Origin: Phoronis australis
Taxonomy: Eukaryota; Animalia; Phoronida
Direction: 5' to 3'
Assembly (NCBI GenBank): GCA_002633005.1
Contig: NMRA01000028.1
Location: forward strand, 796,986 to 860,985
DNA: 64,000 bases
Positions 49,369 through 62,600 of this stretch are shown one piece after another. A model generated the notes under the pieces. It had not been told where the DNA came from. It saw only the letters and a list, made by a program, of their open reading frames with translations, and did no database searches. Both the position numbers and the translations under genes were made by a program. The number at the start of each line of letters is the position of its first letter. Positions within the stretch are counted from its first letter, which is position 1.

Positions 49369-51348
49369 CTAGTTTTTCAAGGATTTACACAAGCAAAACT
49401 TTTTTAACCTGTGTACATTTACACACTGCGACGTATCCCCATACTTGTTAATCCTACTCATGTCGCCAAGTACGCTGTACTGTCTGTTGTCTTCGTCGAA
49501 TTTCACCGTCGCTTCGAATATCCCCCCACCTGGCCTCACTATGACTGTCACCAAGTAATTAACTATTGCACCATGTGCACGATCTCCATAGAAGACCTTC
49601 CTGTCGATGACGTCATTCAAACTTTGTTTGAATGTTAGGAGTTTTTCGTCTGCTTGCATTTTCATGACCTCTGTGACTTTGTCTACGGAAAATTCAGCAC
49701 ATATACTGGTGTAACTGCTGATTTCGTGGTTAATTTGGGACACAACAGCTCGCCCTGCACGTAAAGCTTCCTCACTATTAGGGTCAATCTGCTTTCTGTT
49801 CTGGCAAACGCACCAGTGAGGTAATATAGACGCGCTTTCACAAGATCTTTCCACAGGTATTTCGTTGAGAAGACTTATACCTCTTTGCGACAAGTCCCCA
49901 GTGGTTAAATCTCCATTAAACTGCAATAAGTGAAGAAAGGTCTCATGGATATCAAAAGGAGTTGTCAATCTGTGAGAATTCGTTTCTAAATTTTTCAATG
50001 CCCGAGGATATTTGGCGGAAAACCATTTTGGAAACGCAACATACATAAGCGGAAGGCGCTCTTCAAGTTTTCCAACATAAGTCTTAACTATAGGACCAAA
50101 TCTAGCCCCATGGTCACTCATATACACCAGAACTGTATTGTCTAACAAACCATCCTCTTTCATTTTACTCAGAAAATCAAAATGTGGCCGATCTGCTGCA
50201 CCCACTCGGTTGATATCGTTGTGAGTCAGTCGGGTGATGAATGTAAATCCAAAATAAGGGCGATTGGTGTAAGTCTTTGCGAAATCGTGCGTGTAGTTAA
50301 GAACAATGTCCGTTTCTAAACGCGAACCAAAACACTCGTCATCGTGGTGCCACATATGTGTCTCGGCTTCCATTGCTAGCGTAAATGGCCGCAAATAGTG
50401 TTCTGTTGGAGATCTCAAAAAGCCAAATTTCAAATAGTTGAATATGGCTATGCTCGGAAAATCTTCAGCAAACAGTGTGGTATATCCGTGCGAGGAGAAA
50501 TTTTTCCAAACTATTGGATACTTATCGAAGGGTAACATGCTCTTCGTCTCATCCCAGGGGAGTTCCTCCAGGTATTTGCCCGTGAACATAGGCACAATGT
50601 TAACAAATGTGTTGTCAGCCACTTTGTTGTATCCCTTCAACTCCACTGCCGACAACTCATTTAACAGGAAGCTGCGTGTTCTTGGCATTTGCCGGATGAA
50701 GTTCAGTCTCGAAACAGCATCAATGCCAACAACGAGTACATTCAACTTTTTTTCTTTTGGCAAGGAATTGCTACTCCTCTTTGGTGGAACTTTTAAGACG
50801 AACGCGTGAAAATTCCTGTAAAATTCTTTATTGTCTTCATTGAAACACTTGACTTTGATGAATTCATATGGTATCATTTCTTTGTGGCTAAAACATTTTA
50901 CCGTTTCGCTATATTTTATCGACTGGTCGGAGCCAATAGCGCGAACTATTTCATTGTAACAACATTGTTTCAGTACTTGCTTGTAATGGTCCCTAACCAC
51001 GGCCCAATTGACAAACAAAGTGTTTCCGTCCTGGTACGTTACGTCGCGATTTTCTCCGCAACTTATTTTTATTGGCGGACGAATCAAATTTTGGATACTC
51101 TCGTCGAAAGCAGGAACATCGGGAATCTTGCAGTGCGGCGTGTTTACAAGAAAGAGCTTAGCAACTGATATCCCACTAGTGGGGATTATGGCCTTGATCA
51201 CATCAGCTTTTGGCAAGCTGTCGATAAATAGCTGAGAATGGCGAGGACTGTAGACGATGAAGCCAACGTAGATTAGGACCGTCAAGGCGAAAAGTAGCAG
51301 CAAGCCCTTCGCCACCCTCGAGGGCATGACGAGAAACCTCATCTTCAT
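49369..51348 (-). CDS. DUF229-family type II membrane protein (alkaline phosphatase/sulfatase superfamily), 659 aa, single coding exon
   Basis: N-terminal TM; CKIP, VLVVGIDAVSR, GYNKVADNT, RLTHND, MSDHG, LEERLP, TTPFDIHET, HWCVC, SRINKYG and KKFCLC motifs; acceptor ctttcag just 5' of the ATG; AATAAA at 49356-49351. Confidence 0.9.
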   Translation of the reverse strand: MKMRFLVMPSRVAKGLLLLFALTVLIYVGFIVYSPRHSQLFIDSLPKADVIKAIIPTSGISVAKLFLVNTPHCKIPDVPAFDESIQNLIRPPIKISCGENRDVTYQDGNTLFVNWAVVRDHYKQVLKQCCYNEIVRAIGSDQSIKYSETVKCFSHKEMIPYEFIKVKCFNEDNKEFYRNFHAFVLKVPPKRSSNSLPKEKKLNVLVVGIDAVSRLNFIRQMPRTRSFLLNELSAVELKGYNKVADNTFVNIVPMFTGKYLEELPWDETKSMLPFDKYPIVWKNFSSHGYTTLFAEDFPSIAIFNYLKFGFLRSPTEHYLRPFTLAMEAETHMWHHDDECFGSRLETDIVLNYTHDFAKTYTNRPYFGFTFITRLTHNDINRVGAADRPHFDFLSKMKEDGLLDNTVLVYMSDHGARFGPIVKTYVGKLEERLPLMYVAFPKWFSAKYPRALKNLETNSHRLTTPFDIHETFLHLLQFNGDLTTGDLSQRGISLLNEIPVERSCESASILPHWCVCQNRKQIDPNSEEALRAGRAVVSQINHEISSYTSICAEFSVDKVTEVMKMQADEKLLTFKQSLNDVIDRKVFYGDRAHGAIVNYLVTVIVRPGGGIFEATVKFDEDNRQYSVLGDMSRINKYGDTSQCVNVHRLKKFCLCKSLKN

Positions 51349-51644
51349 GGGTCGTTAGCTAAACTGGTCATCTGAAAGATGTCAATCAGGCATCAGTTTC
51401 ACCTAAGTGTCACAAAATTAGTGTCTACTAGTAAATCTTTGAAAAGCCCAAACAAAAAATAGAAGCCAAATATTTTTCTAAGGAGAAATTGAAATAATGC
51501 CTACAGCAAGAATTTTCAATACTCAGAGATGAAGTAAATTACATAGAATTTCCTTTTTCATTCCAGAAAGTACTTAATAGCATGCGACCAACGGGAGCGC
51601 CGCCTAAGGGCTATACGTGAAAGAACAGGTCGCGTGACCACATA

Positions 51645-52079
51645 ACGGGATTTTCCGTAGATAAGACCATGGGCGTGAAAATTTTCAGGCGTTTCAGTAA
51701 TACCAAATAAACGCCCGGGCGTTTATGCGGAAAAAGGGCGTGTAATCGGAAAGTCATCGTTTTGACTACACAAATGCTTAGACTAAGAGGTTTCCTGGAT
51801 TTGACATTTCTGTTAAAACTATGAATAAATATATAGTTCGCCAACACTTTGTTCGTTTTTATAAATGCTAAATGCTCCACAAAACTGAATTGTGACTAAA
51901 AGTTGACGCTGAGTGGGCTTTTAAGAATATTTTTTTCGAATAAACGCCCCACTATCTGGACCCTTGACACCAGAAGTTGTAACACCAAATAAACGCCCAT
52001 GGGCGTTCATTTGGCATAATTTTCCGAATAAACACCCATGGGCGTTTCAACGGATGGGCTTACCTACGGAAAATCCCGG
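51645..52079. mobile_element. Tc1/mariner (pogo/Tigger-like) MITE
   Basis: TIR cgggattttccgtag / ctacggaaaatcccg flanked by TA; internal ataaacgccc repeats. Confidence 0.75.
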
Positions 52080-53334
52080 TAGGTGTAAACGAAAAATCTT
52101 GTTGTCACAATGAAAAAAGGCAGCGACTATTGGAAGTCGCTATTACAATTGCTTAGTTAACAAAAACACATTACATATACTTCCAAAATTCTTCAAGCAG
52201 AGAGGTAGCAGGCTGGCCGAGCAGGAGCGGTGAAAATACTCCATTCCTTGTGACAGTGAGCCTTTAGAAAGTTTCAAAACAATGCATCTATCTTTTTGTC
52301 ACAAAATTCAAACATGACTTTTGTATTGTTATTAATAACCACTAACCTTCCTGGGTGGACTGAAAAAATGTCGGTCATATAGTTGGAAATTCTGGCTTCG
52401 ATTTTGTCTTTTGAATTTTCAGTCACAGCATAAGGAGTTTATCATCGGCAGACACCGAAAACATTCGTATACATTGGTTCGCGTTAAAAAAGCAACCTGA
52501 TCAGACTTTGTTCGAGTCGTTTTTTTTTAGATGATTAGCATGCTCAACATAGACCTTATTCACGCGGCGGCCATTAAGATCCAAAGCGAGGCTCACTGCG
52601 ATAAACAAAGCGAAAGTAGACATTGCGTGAGTTAAATAGCCGGTCTTTCGAGTCCAAACTGGATATTGAATTTTAATGATGTGTCGACAGTTAACCACAG
52701 AGACGTAGAAAATTACATTAGAGAACAAGTTAAGGCGCCAAAGAGTTGTCTGACAAAAGGGTTTAATTTTTTTCGGAAAACTAGGTTCGAAACATGAAAA
52801 GTAAAAATGACCAAATTGCGGCGAACGTAGTGTTACGGATTAGGTATTATGCTGAATGCAGGGTTACGTTTTTTCTTGTAAATTGTTGATCAAAATACTT
52901 TCTACGCGGACCAGGTCATCTGCTCGTATTGTTGACGAGTTGAAGACATATTCGACAGTGGTGACTGTCATGCACAATTAGTCACATCTGGTTTAATTTG
53001 TTGATCAAGAATATTAACATCAAGCATAGCATGATCCTATGCACTCACTGGGACTAACAGTTGATTTGTCATTGGTCTGAAAGAATAATTGATGTTATTA
53101 AATATATTTTTATTAAAATAAAAAACCAGGCTCGTAATTGAAAATAAAAATTATTTGACCGTCAATGCTTTTTTGGTTGTAATAATTCTTACGTCTATTT
53201 CATGTGTTAGATTTCAAATATCAATCTGGACCACGTTGAATTTTAAAATTAAAACACCTAATTCGTTCGTCCAAAACATAAAATCGTTTTAGAACTCAAT
53301 TTCAGTTAACTGGACAATGCAATCATCATGTTTC

Positions 53335-54333
53335 TGCAGGAGCCTCTTTCATCCGAGGGGAACGGTGCCAGTGCCTACTGAGAGGCGATTTTTTCGCCGA
53401 GTGAGGGCGGGAATAATCTACCTCCCGATCCCCATCAATAGCACCCCCGCCCTGTTGCAAGCTCTGCCTCAATTTAAAGTAGCCTTTTGTGCTCTTAAAA
53501 ATTGTCACCTGTGTGGTTACAGGTGATTTGAACTCAGAGAGATTTTTCACTAGGGGAATTTTTATGCCTCGTGGGGGGAATTTCGCGTGATATTTCAATA
53601 TGTTTGAGAGGGGAATAGGGCCGATATTGGTCCCCATATTTGCGGGATTGAGGGCCCTGTCCTTTTTGGAAAGAAAAATTATAATGTTTCAACCCGTAGC
53701 AGGGGCGGATCCAGGTTTTTTAGTTAGGGGGGGCAGGGCACAGGAATAAGCAGCATTTCGGCAGATGCGCGCGCCCAGCCTAAACTCTGGAGATGCAGGG
53801 GTCTTGAATTCTTGGGTTTGGCGGACCTGTTGACTAAAAAAAAAACGGTAAACGGGGTTCATTCAGCGCCTATGCGTTGTTCACTGAATTCACCCCCTGT
53901 TGCGCACGTGTGCTAGTCAGCAATTCGCACCCGAACTCAAAAATGGGATCTGATACAATTTTAGGGGGGCCATGCTCCCCCCCCTAAATCCGTAGTCATG
54001 AAAACACAGCCTGGCTGCATGGCCCATTCTCCGGTCGTTACTATGATGCTTAACAACTGCTGACCGACATGCGACAAAATAATGATCTAGCTTTTCGAAA
54101 ATATTTATAAATTTACACGCACATATATTTTGCTTCGTCGCGGCAACGACCCAACGCTTCCGAATCTCAACATCTTTAGAGATTGTGAAGCAGACAGTTG
54201 CGTGTCCGTATTTTTTCTAGTCGTTCGGGAACAACACGGTCTGAAACACAGAACTACTTGCCGATAAGCTAAAAGAGCTATCGTAGCGAGCCTCGTTTTG
54301 GAATGCGCCTCCTGTCGGCGTGAATAGGGTCTA
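53335..54333 (-). mobile_element. Right arm of the inverted repeat pair, interrupted by a CAGGGGCGGATCC-type MITE (about 53700-53990)
   Basis: Ends ...cggcgtgaatagggtcta, the reverse complement of the left-arm start; ccgtag duplicated around the MITE. Confidence 0.85.
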
Positions 54334-56272
54334 TGACGAGATAGCTAACCCCCGTTTTCATCGCTCAAGCCAGTGTTTGCGTGCACAGCAAAAGTGAGGT
54401 AAACGGCGTAACAGACCGCCCAGTCTTCTACTAGTTAACAACGATATGACCATCGACACATTTTGATTAAATGTAGGTTTTTCAGTTTTCGTTTTTATGT
54501 AGATATTTCCTTTGCACATGTCGGTCAAGTTTTATCTCATGACTAGTGTCGAGACGACCAAGCATAAAGACCGCAATATTCCAAATATCCAGAGCAAACT
54601 GCAAGGAACCGAAGTTGAAAATAAAATGTTCAGAGAGAATTGTTGACCCGTTAATTTCTCGCCCGTCAGACCAATGACCTACTTGACTAAGAAGCATCCA
54701 AAAGTATCTTTGGCCAAACTGACGAAGTACCGTAACATCCCGCGTACGAGCCGTAATGGCTGGATTACAAAGTGGAACAGCAGATCGATCAAGAGGCTAT
54801 GAAAAGGGCATAATATACCAGCGCCGTCAGTAGGGAAAAGGCCCCCTATATGAGTCAAACTTCATTCTGGAGATCGGTCTTTTGCTTATTTTTAGACACA
54901 TGTAATTCGCGTAGGCTATCTATAAGAACAACCACAAAAACGAAAATGGGAAACATAAAATTTAATCGTGAACTTCCGAACCTGTGACGATAAGAGAACT
55001 ACACAGAAACTGAAAAAAATTTCACACATCATGCAAACAATGGTAAACGCACAAAAACGCATTCACCATCGAAACTTCTCAAAGCTGTTATCGGGATCAA
55101 ATGAAAGTCGGCTTATTTCAGTTTGAATCTGACTTCCGTCCGAAACTGAACTGTGTGGAGTTTTAAGGTAGCCGTCCAACCTTGTGTGCGCAAAATTTGA
55201 GAGTTGTTTGACACATGTCCAGCAGGTTTCAGTGGTATGGCAAACTTTCACGGCAAAACTCTTACGCTGAGCATATTGCCGAGTTGAGCATTAATGACCT
55301 TATTTATTACTAACCGTTTAGTAACAGTATACTCGTAACACTGAACTTGTACATGTATCATTCAACGTGAAAATGGTCAGAGCCTACTAGGCCTACTTGT
55401 TGGCTTTCGCCCACAACCAAGGCTCCGCCTTCCATTACATTATACGCAGAAACAATAAATAACATGACCATAATCAAGAAATAGGGGTGCAAAAAGAAAT
55501 TAACATACCACAAAAAACACATCAACGAAAACGTGACTACGATAGAACAAATGCACATATGAATCTCGCTGGTTCCCTACGCGCCTAGCCAGCACGCAGA
55601 CGCAGGTATCACGCAGTAGCACGCGTTTTAGCGTTGGTTGGTGTAACCTCGGTAGACATTGGTTAGCTTTACTACAACGTGAAAAAGGGCGGACTATGAA
55701 CGATTTTTAGCCTTGTCATGCAAGTGGCATTGCAGCAACTATTTCGTTTCTGCAGTAATGTTTACTAGCCGCGTTCATGAAGCACATACATATACACTAT
55801 AAACACATATCAGGACGATTTAACCGGTGCGGTGTTATTCATATTGTATGAATACAGGACAGTATCGTCATCGACAGTAGAAAGATGTACTCCGACAAGG
55901 CGCAACCACAATTTCTGGTATTCAGATTTCCTGAACATAAATTTTAAGCACCGAGTTGTCTCTACAACTCACCACGTTTATACTTGCTCCAACCGTCGTG
56001 CCAGTTAGTTTGCGTAAAGCGCTGCCTGTTGAGAATTTGACCAGCCAATCAGAAACACCGGTGTAAAAAAATTTTTCGAGGAAAATTGAGTGACGGATAC
56101 CACCTATAAAATCTTTGGCTACCACCCCACCTAGCGGCACGCAGGGAACAGCATATGAATTTGACATACCAGGAAAACGTGACCACTCAGTAGCACGTGA
56201 CGCGTAATTTACTTGAGTTGAAGTAAGATGGCTGAGTCACGGGACTGCTTCGTGAAAAGTGACTAAGACTCC

Positions 56273-56418
56273 CATGGGTGGCGCAGCACTGAAAAAAGTG
56301 GGGGGCTATAGCCCCCCAGCCCCCCTGTGCTGCACCATCCATAGACCATGGGCGCCGGAGCACTGAAAAAATTGGGGGGGTCTATAGCCACCCAGCCCCC
56401 TATGGTGCGCCGCCCATG
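56273..56418. mobile_element. GC-rich MITE, inverted copy of 293-446
   Basis: catgggtggcgcagc...ggtgcgccgcccatg with the same dimeric interior. Confidence 0.75.
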
Positions 56419-58102
56419 GCTCCACATTACTATTTCTTACTTTCTGAAAGAAGAAAGTGTCTGAGAATATGCAAATACTAATTACTCAGAAAATTTGTAC
56501 AAACAATTTCCAGCCAACGAGTTACATGACTAAACCTTTTTTGGTAATTGTGAATTTCGGGCATAAGACCAGATTCTGTCTTAAAACTTAAAAGTCACTT
56601 TCATAAAACGTCCAATTTTTTTCTGTGTCGTTCTTTACTGACAGATGTAACATTTTTCAATCACTTATCTTTATTTAGCTCCTCTGCGAGCCCTTATGAA
56701 AATATTTAGAGAACAGTGCACAAAGCAAAAAAATTGTCACCATATGAATACGATCAGCCATTTCAGAAATATGATACTCGAAAATTAACCAAATTTGAAC
56801 TTGTTTCTATGTCCTACATAACCTTGAATTAATTATATCAATTAGGGCTTTATTATTGTATTTGCAAGTAGCGACGTCATCACTACTAAAATTATGGCCA
56901 CCTGCTGTATCTCTAAAACGAATTTGCCACAAATACATGAACACCTCCAAGGAAACGAAAAACGATTGTTCCTGCATTGTTGCTCCAGAGCAGAGTAGTG
57001 AGTTAAATTTGTTTGACAAAAATAGAACCGAAATACGAATCGTCGAAGCACCAAAACATACAGACGGCGTACTCACTAGAGCATGACGTGTTAAACATGA
57101 CGCATGCATCATATCATGGGTTTATCTTCCATTTGTTGATTTAGATTTAGTTTAAGATATTCAGATAAGGAGCAGCCAATTTCAACAATAATTATATAGG
57201 AAAGTGGGCTTTTACTTTCATGAAATTTTCCGAACTCGTCGGATTCAGACCACGTAATATCTGCTTTAGCCTACATGAAGACACAGTCCATTTAAAAGAA
57301 TTAGACTAATGTTTTTCATTAGCAAATCGAGACTTAGTCGTTTTAAGATTAGGCCTACAAATGACGAAAACAGGTGGCCCTTTTCTAATCTGAATGAGAC
57401 CGAACAGTCTGTCCCAGTTTGATAATTCCCAAAGTAATTGACCTCGTTCGCCACAACAAAAATCGGCCACGAGGCAATCGTAGGAGAAATTTATCAAAAC
57501 GCAGTCTGCTAAATTCTAACTTTTCCTTCTCTATGGTCAGCTTCTGTGCTCAATATTAAACCAACCAACCGTGAAATTTTTTGACCTTCTATTTTAAAAA
57601 CGAAATATTTTAGCATAAAAGTGAGCGCGGCCAGGTTATGAAAACTGAAAAAAAATGTCTTGCCCAAGAGGGGCCTAACTTCTTGGAGGGGGTGGGTGGG
57701 TTGTCGGTGGTGTGACACCCTCCCTTCCCCCAATAATTGGTGATTTAGTTCGGTAAAAACAGGAAAAAGACAGACGAGGAACGAAAAAGTTGGGCAAAAA
57801 GAGCCTTCCAAATTAGACTTCTCAATTTCAAAAATTCACCAAAAATGGTTTCAATGATGTAGTCATTTTATTTGTTTGTGATGGATGTATCCGACCACAC
57901 TTATGGGTTTTCTTAGTACAATCATCTACTAGTTTGTTTTTGTGGATATTTTTCCTTACCGGTGGATTTTTTCATGTGATGCTGTTCTTAAAGTCCTGGT
58001 CTCACACGTTGTTAACCCTTATTACATGATTAGAGGATGTTATAAGGATCCAAGAAGTACCTATTCCATAACTAACACACAATCCGTAATCGAACAAAGC
58101 TT

Positions 58103-59628
58103 AAACTAGAAAGATTATTGTCACGGCGTGACAATAACGGACTCTGCGCGTGCGTATTACTGGAATTATTATGGGAAGTTACTGACAGCAACCCGTTTAC
58201 CAATATGAAAAGGAATTCTTTAAAATTGTAGGAGAAATTACATATTAATTTTTTTGATGACCTTCCCACTTATTGACCTCTTCCGGTGCATTATGAGCCC
58301 CGATGAGGGAGTAATTGTTAACTCGATTAAAAGTGTGGTTAATGCTAATAAGCACAGATGTTTTACTTTATGCACTTCAGAATACAAGATGAATGAAGTG
58401 GTCAAACTTTCAGAATAAAAATGCACCTAATGACCCCATGGGTGCACCAAATGACCTGAAAATTTAGAATTTAACTCAATCGCACTTAGTAAACAGATAC
58501 GTAATTCTGAAGTCTCTAGCTCAAAATTTTAGTTTGCACTCAATGACCTTTGACCTATTTTTTCTGATTGGTTAGGCCTATTGCAAAGTAAAGTAGGGTA
58601 TTCAATTGACTTACACCAGTGTGCTGAAATTGAAAAGAATTCCTTGAAAAACGTAAGAGATATAACATTTTGAACGTTACATGACCTTTGCACTAATTGA
58701 CCTTATCCGGTGCATTTTAAGCATCTTTAGGAGAATTATTGCAAAGCCCATGGAAAATGTGTTTAATGCTGAGAATCACAGTTGTCTAACGGTTGACACA
58801 TCAGAATACTTGCTGATTGAAAAGGTCAAATTTTCAGAAGAAAAATGCACCTAATGACCCCATGTTTGCACTAAATGACCTGAAACTTTGGATTCCGATT
58901 TGATTTACCTGTGGCAATCAGACCTGTCAATTCGAAGTGTCTAGCTCAAAATTTTAGTTTGCACCTAATGACCTTTAACCTATTTCACCTGATTGCATGA
59001 CCCGATTACTTAGAAAAGTAATTTTTTAAATTGTCATGTTGACTTATACCTGTGCACCGAATTTGAAAAAGATAGCTCTAAAACTGAAGGAGGAGTAGTA
59101 TTTTGAAAATTATATGACCTTTGTACCAAACGACCTCTTCCGGTGCAATATGGAATATGATTATATAACCGATCAAAATTTATATACTGTCAAAAGTCAT
59201 GTGCTGAATTTAAAGACCGTACCTGAACCCAATTTGGAGTTATCAAGCCTCAAAGTTGGTCGGAAGAAGAATAAGAAGAAGAATAAGAAGAATAAGAATA
59301 AGAATAAAATTGAAGAAAACCCAGGAACAACAGTACTCTGCGCTTGCACGCGCAGAGTAATAAGAATAAAATTGAAGAAAACCCAGGAACAACAGTACTC
59401 TGCGCTTGCACGCGCAGAGTAATAAGAATAAAATTGAAGAAAACCCAGGAACAACAGTACTCTGCGCTCACACGCGCAGAGTAATAAGAAGAATAAGAAT
59501 AAAATTGAATAAAACCCAGGAACAACAGTACTCTGCGCTTACACGCGTAGAGTAATAAGAAAAATAACAATAAAATCGAAGAAAACCCAGGAACAACAGT
59601 ACTCTGCGCTTACACGCGCAGAGTAATA
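58103..59628 (-). mobile_element. HINE/DINE-like element, family D, with internal ~430-bp repeats and a 5x amplified terminal module
   Basis: Hairpin ttattgtcacg-gc-gtgacaataa plus subTIR actctgcgcgtg at left; (AAG/AAT) microsatellite and five tactctgcgc...gcgcagagta stem-loops at right. Confidence 0.85.
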
Positions 59629-62600
59629 AACGCGCCACTCACGATTCGCACCCGAAGAACACATCGCCATTTTGAACGTACCGCGAACGGGGAAGTACAA
59701 TTCATTCAGGAACCCAGGCTAAGAAAACGCCGTCAGTGCGACTGGAGCAGTGCCTGTTACCAGCCTGCAAACGGGGATAAAATAATCGACAGCGCGCCTT
59801 AATGGTAATAAAATCAAAACACGGACATTTTTATCGAATTTGCTGAAGAAATGTAGCGAATAAATTTCGACAGAAATTATTTTGCCGGACTCGGGACCGC
59901 AGCCTATTGGAACCGGTGTGGATCGAGACACTGGCGAACGGTAAAGGCATTTTGCAAGCTGAACAGTTTCGTCCAAGTAAAATGTTCCAATCCCAAATGC
60001 CGTATATATTCAAAGGTAGTTCAGACACTTGCATAAAATTACGGACTGTTTAGTCCTGTGTCACACTGCCGCGGCAGCCCTTGGCTTAGCCAGCCTCAGT
60101 GCCAGCTACCAGTATGAAGACAATCTTCAAATTACAGCTTGTTAGTAGGCCTACACAGCTTTGCGCCAAGGCTACCTTTAGGCCTACCTGGTCGCTAGCC
60201 ACAGCGCTCGCTCAAACGAGGATTATTTAGAACTTGGGGTCTTCCAGCGAACTGTGCAAAGTTGTTGGCTTTCAACAGAGATTGTCCCAGACTTTGTATG
60301 AGCGCAACAAGTCTAAAAAATAGGGGGCTGGAATTTTTGGGAATGTCTACCTTTTACTATAAGATTCACTGGGTATGTTCAGAGCTATGAATTGCAGACG
60401 CTAAATTTTGTTACTTCCTGTCTTTTAGTGGAATTTTGTCTCGTGTTCTACTTTTTTCGGAGTTCGTGCTTCTCTGACTGAGGCAGACAAAAACACGAAA
60501 ATTGAACAAAAAATTTCTTTTTTGTAGCAACGTTTGTCAAAATGTATCAACGTTAAATCTTCACAAATTACAAAGTAACAGGTTGAACATGCCTTCCAGT
60601 TCAGCAAAAGTCTCCATGCTGTCGGTGCCGCCAGAAATAAGACTAAGTCCAACGGGAATTGTGAGCAGATTTATCACTTAATAAGTAACAACTGCGAGGC
60701 TGAAATTTGGTGAAAACTGTTGAATCGAGCAGAATAGTAAGTAAAGATATGTCTCACTAAATTTCACCGTAAATTGTTGGCGAAAACAATTTACACAAAG
60801 TTTTAAACTCGTAACTCATCCCGCTGTCCTCCAATGGCCGACGCGATCCAAACAAAGTGACCCAAATTTCGCCACAAAAATTGCAATAACTTTACACTGC
60901 TTGTCCCGATTTTGATACTTTTTCGATTTTACTGGGTAGAATGCACTACCTTCCCAATGATAGCAAAGTGCTTTTTCAAAACGAGAAAAAAATCAAAACG
61001 AAAACAAATTGGTTCGACTCGTATTGGTTCCTAGGTTCGACTGCCCTAAACACCGATGCTATTTTAACATAATAAGTACGCGTAACATTCCAAAACAATT
61101 CACCGACCACTAACTACAAACTATAAATACATTACATATGCAAATGAATCACGAGATATTACTAATAAAACAAAATACAAGGAAAAAATGGAGAAGTTCA
61201 GGACAAGTTCCTGAACTGACGAGCCGGAAACGTGGGTGCGGAAATAACCGATGACAGCCGGTAATTATACGATCACAGAGAAGAGTTAAAAATAGCTTTT
61301 GGCACGAAAGGCGAAAAGAATATAAAGAAAGGGTATCGAAAATAAGATTTTATTTACTAGGTATTTTCGGATACTGGAACCACAATGGCATTTTGAGACA
61401 AGGACTTTAAAAATGAAAAAGACATAAAAGAAGGCAGACGACATACAAATTCGCGGCCGCATACCGTTGTAGTCTAATGTGGCAATATTCACGCCCCTCT
61501 ATTGCTAATTAGTTTAGAGAAACTTGTTACCGCATTTAAGTACTAGATGTTAACGAAACAGGATTGTCTGTGAAAATAGCTTTTCCATGAAATAAACCCC
61601 ATAGCTGCTTTTTCGGAAAAGAGATCGAAATATCCCAAATAGGGACTCGGGATCGTGATGGCGTCCAGTTTAAACACGAGGGAACTTTTTAGATTAAAAA
61701 ATGCGATTGCTAATAAGATTTGGCTAAAAACGTTGATCTTCAACGGCTTTGGATTTTCATAAAATGTGGCTCAGGCCCTCAACATGCTTACCAAAAATGC
61801 CTCTCAGTGCCCTACAATGACCAATAAAAGGCCACGTGACTTGGCTCTATTAGCAATATAAAAAACTGGTAACTGACACTATGTGATAAGTTGTGAGCTG
61901 AAGAACATAAAGGAGATGACAGTCAATGACGCCAGGGCTCGGAGCTTGACTCTAAAATTGGCCCATTGCATATGCTTCGTGGTGCAATTATTGGTTAATA
62001 AGTTTCGAGTCTGAGTCTGAGTCAATTCTAAGTTCAGAGATTAGACCATGGGCACAAGAGTGTTAGAGTCTGCACACTTGTAAAGTTGAGAAGCGAACAT
62101 TGAGAGTTACGTGTCATAGTGCAGTAAAATGACAGAGCTCTTTAAAAAGATCAGTGTGAGTTCCTATGAGCGTGTTTATTTTGACACAGGATATACTTTT
62201 GAGGTATTCAGCTTTGTGCATGGTTGCTTTAAGGATATCCCTTTCATTCGAGCAAAGGATTACTAGTTGATATGGCTTTAAAATCAAACTCGTACGCTTC
62301 TCCTAATTTGTCTTGAGTTTTGGAGCAGAAAAAACATGTTGGGCAAATTGGGTTCAGCACTATCCACGAACTACCCGAAATGAAACCCTTTGTTCCGCCC
62401 CTGCTCACCTAACTCCAAATCCTGGACCCCTGTGAGTGCCTGTTGCCTACTGACGTAGATGTAAATGACTCGGACGAGAGTCAAACTTTGGTTTAAACCT
62501 CTTACCTTTCTGAAGTGGGTCAAAAATTATTCGGTGGCCCTATTAGAGACTATTTCTGGTCTTCAAAGTAGCAGATAACTCGTTGTGACAGCGAGCTCTA

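Noticed and set aside
49411-51235. Plus-strand ORFs overlapping the DUF229 gene
   Set aside because: Antisense shadows of a real CDS
59305-59628. CRISPR-like array of palindromic repeats
   Set aside because: No unique spacers, no cas genes, eukaryotic context; explained as an amplified TE terminus
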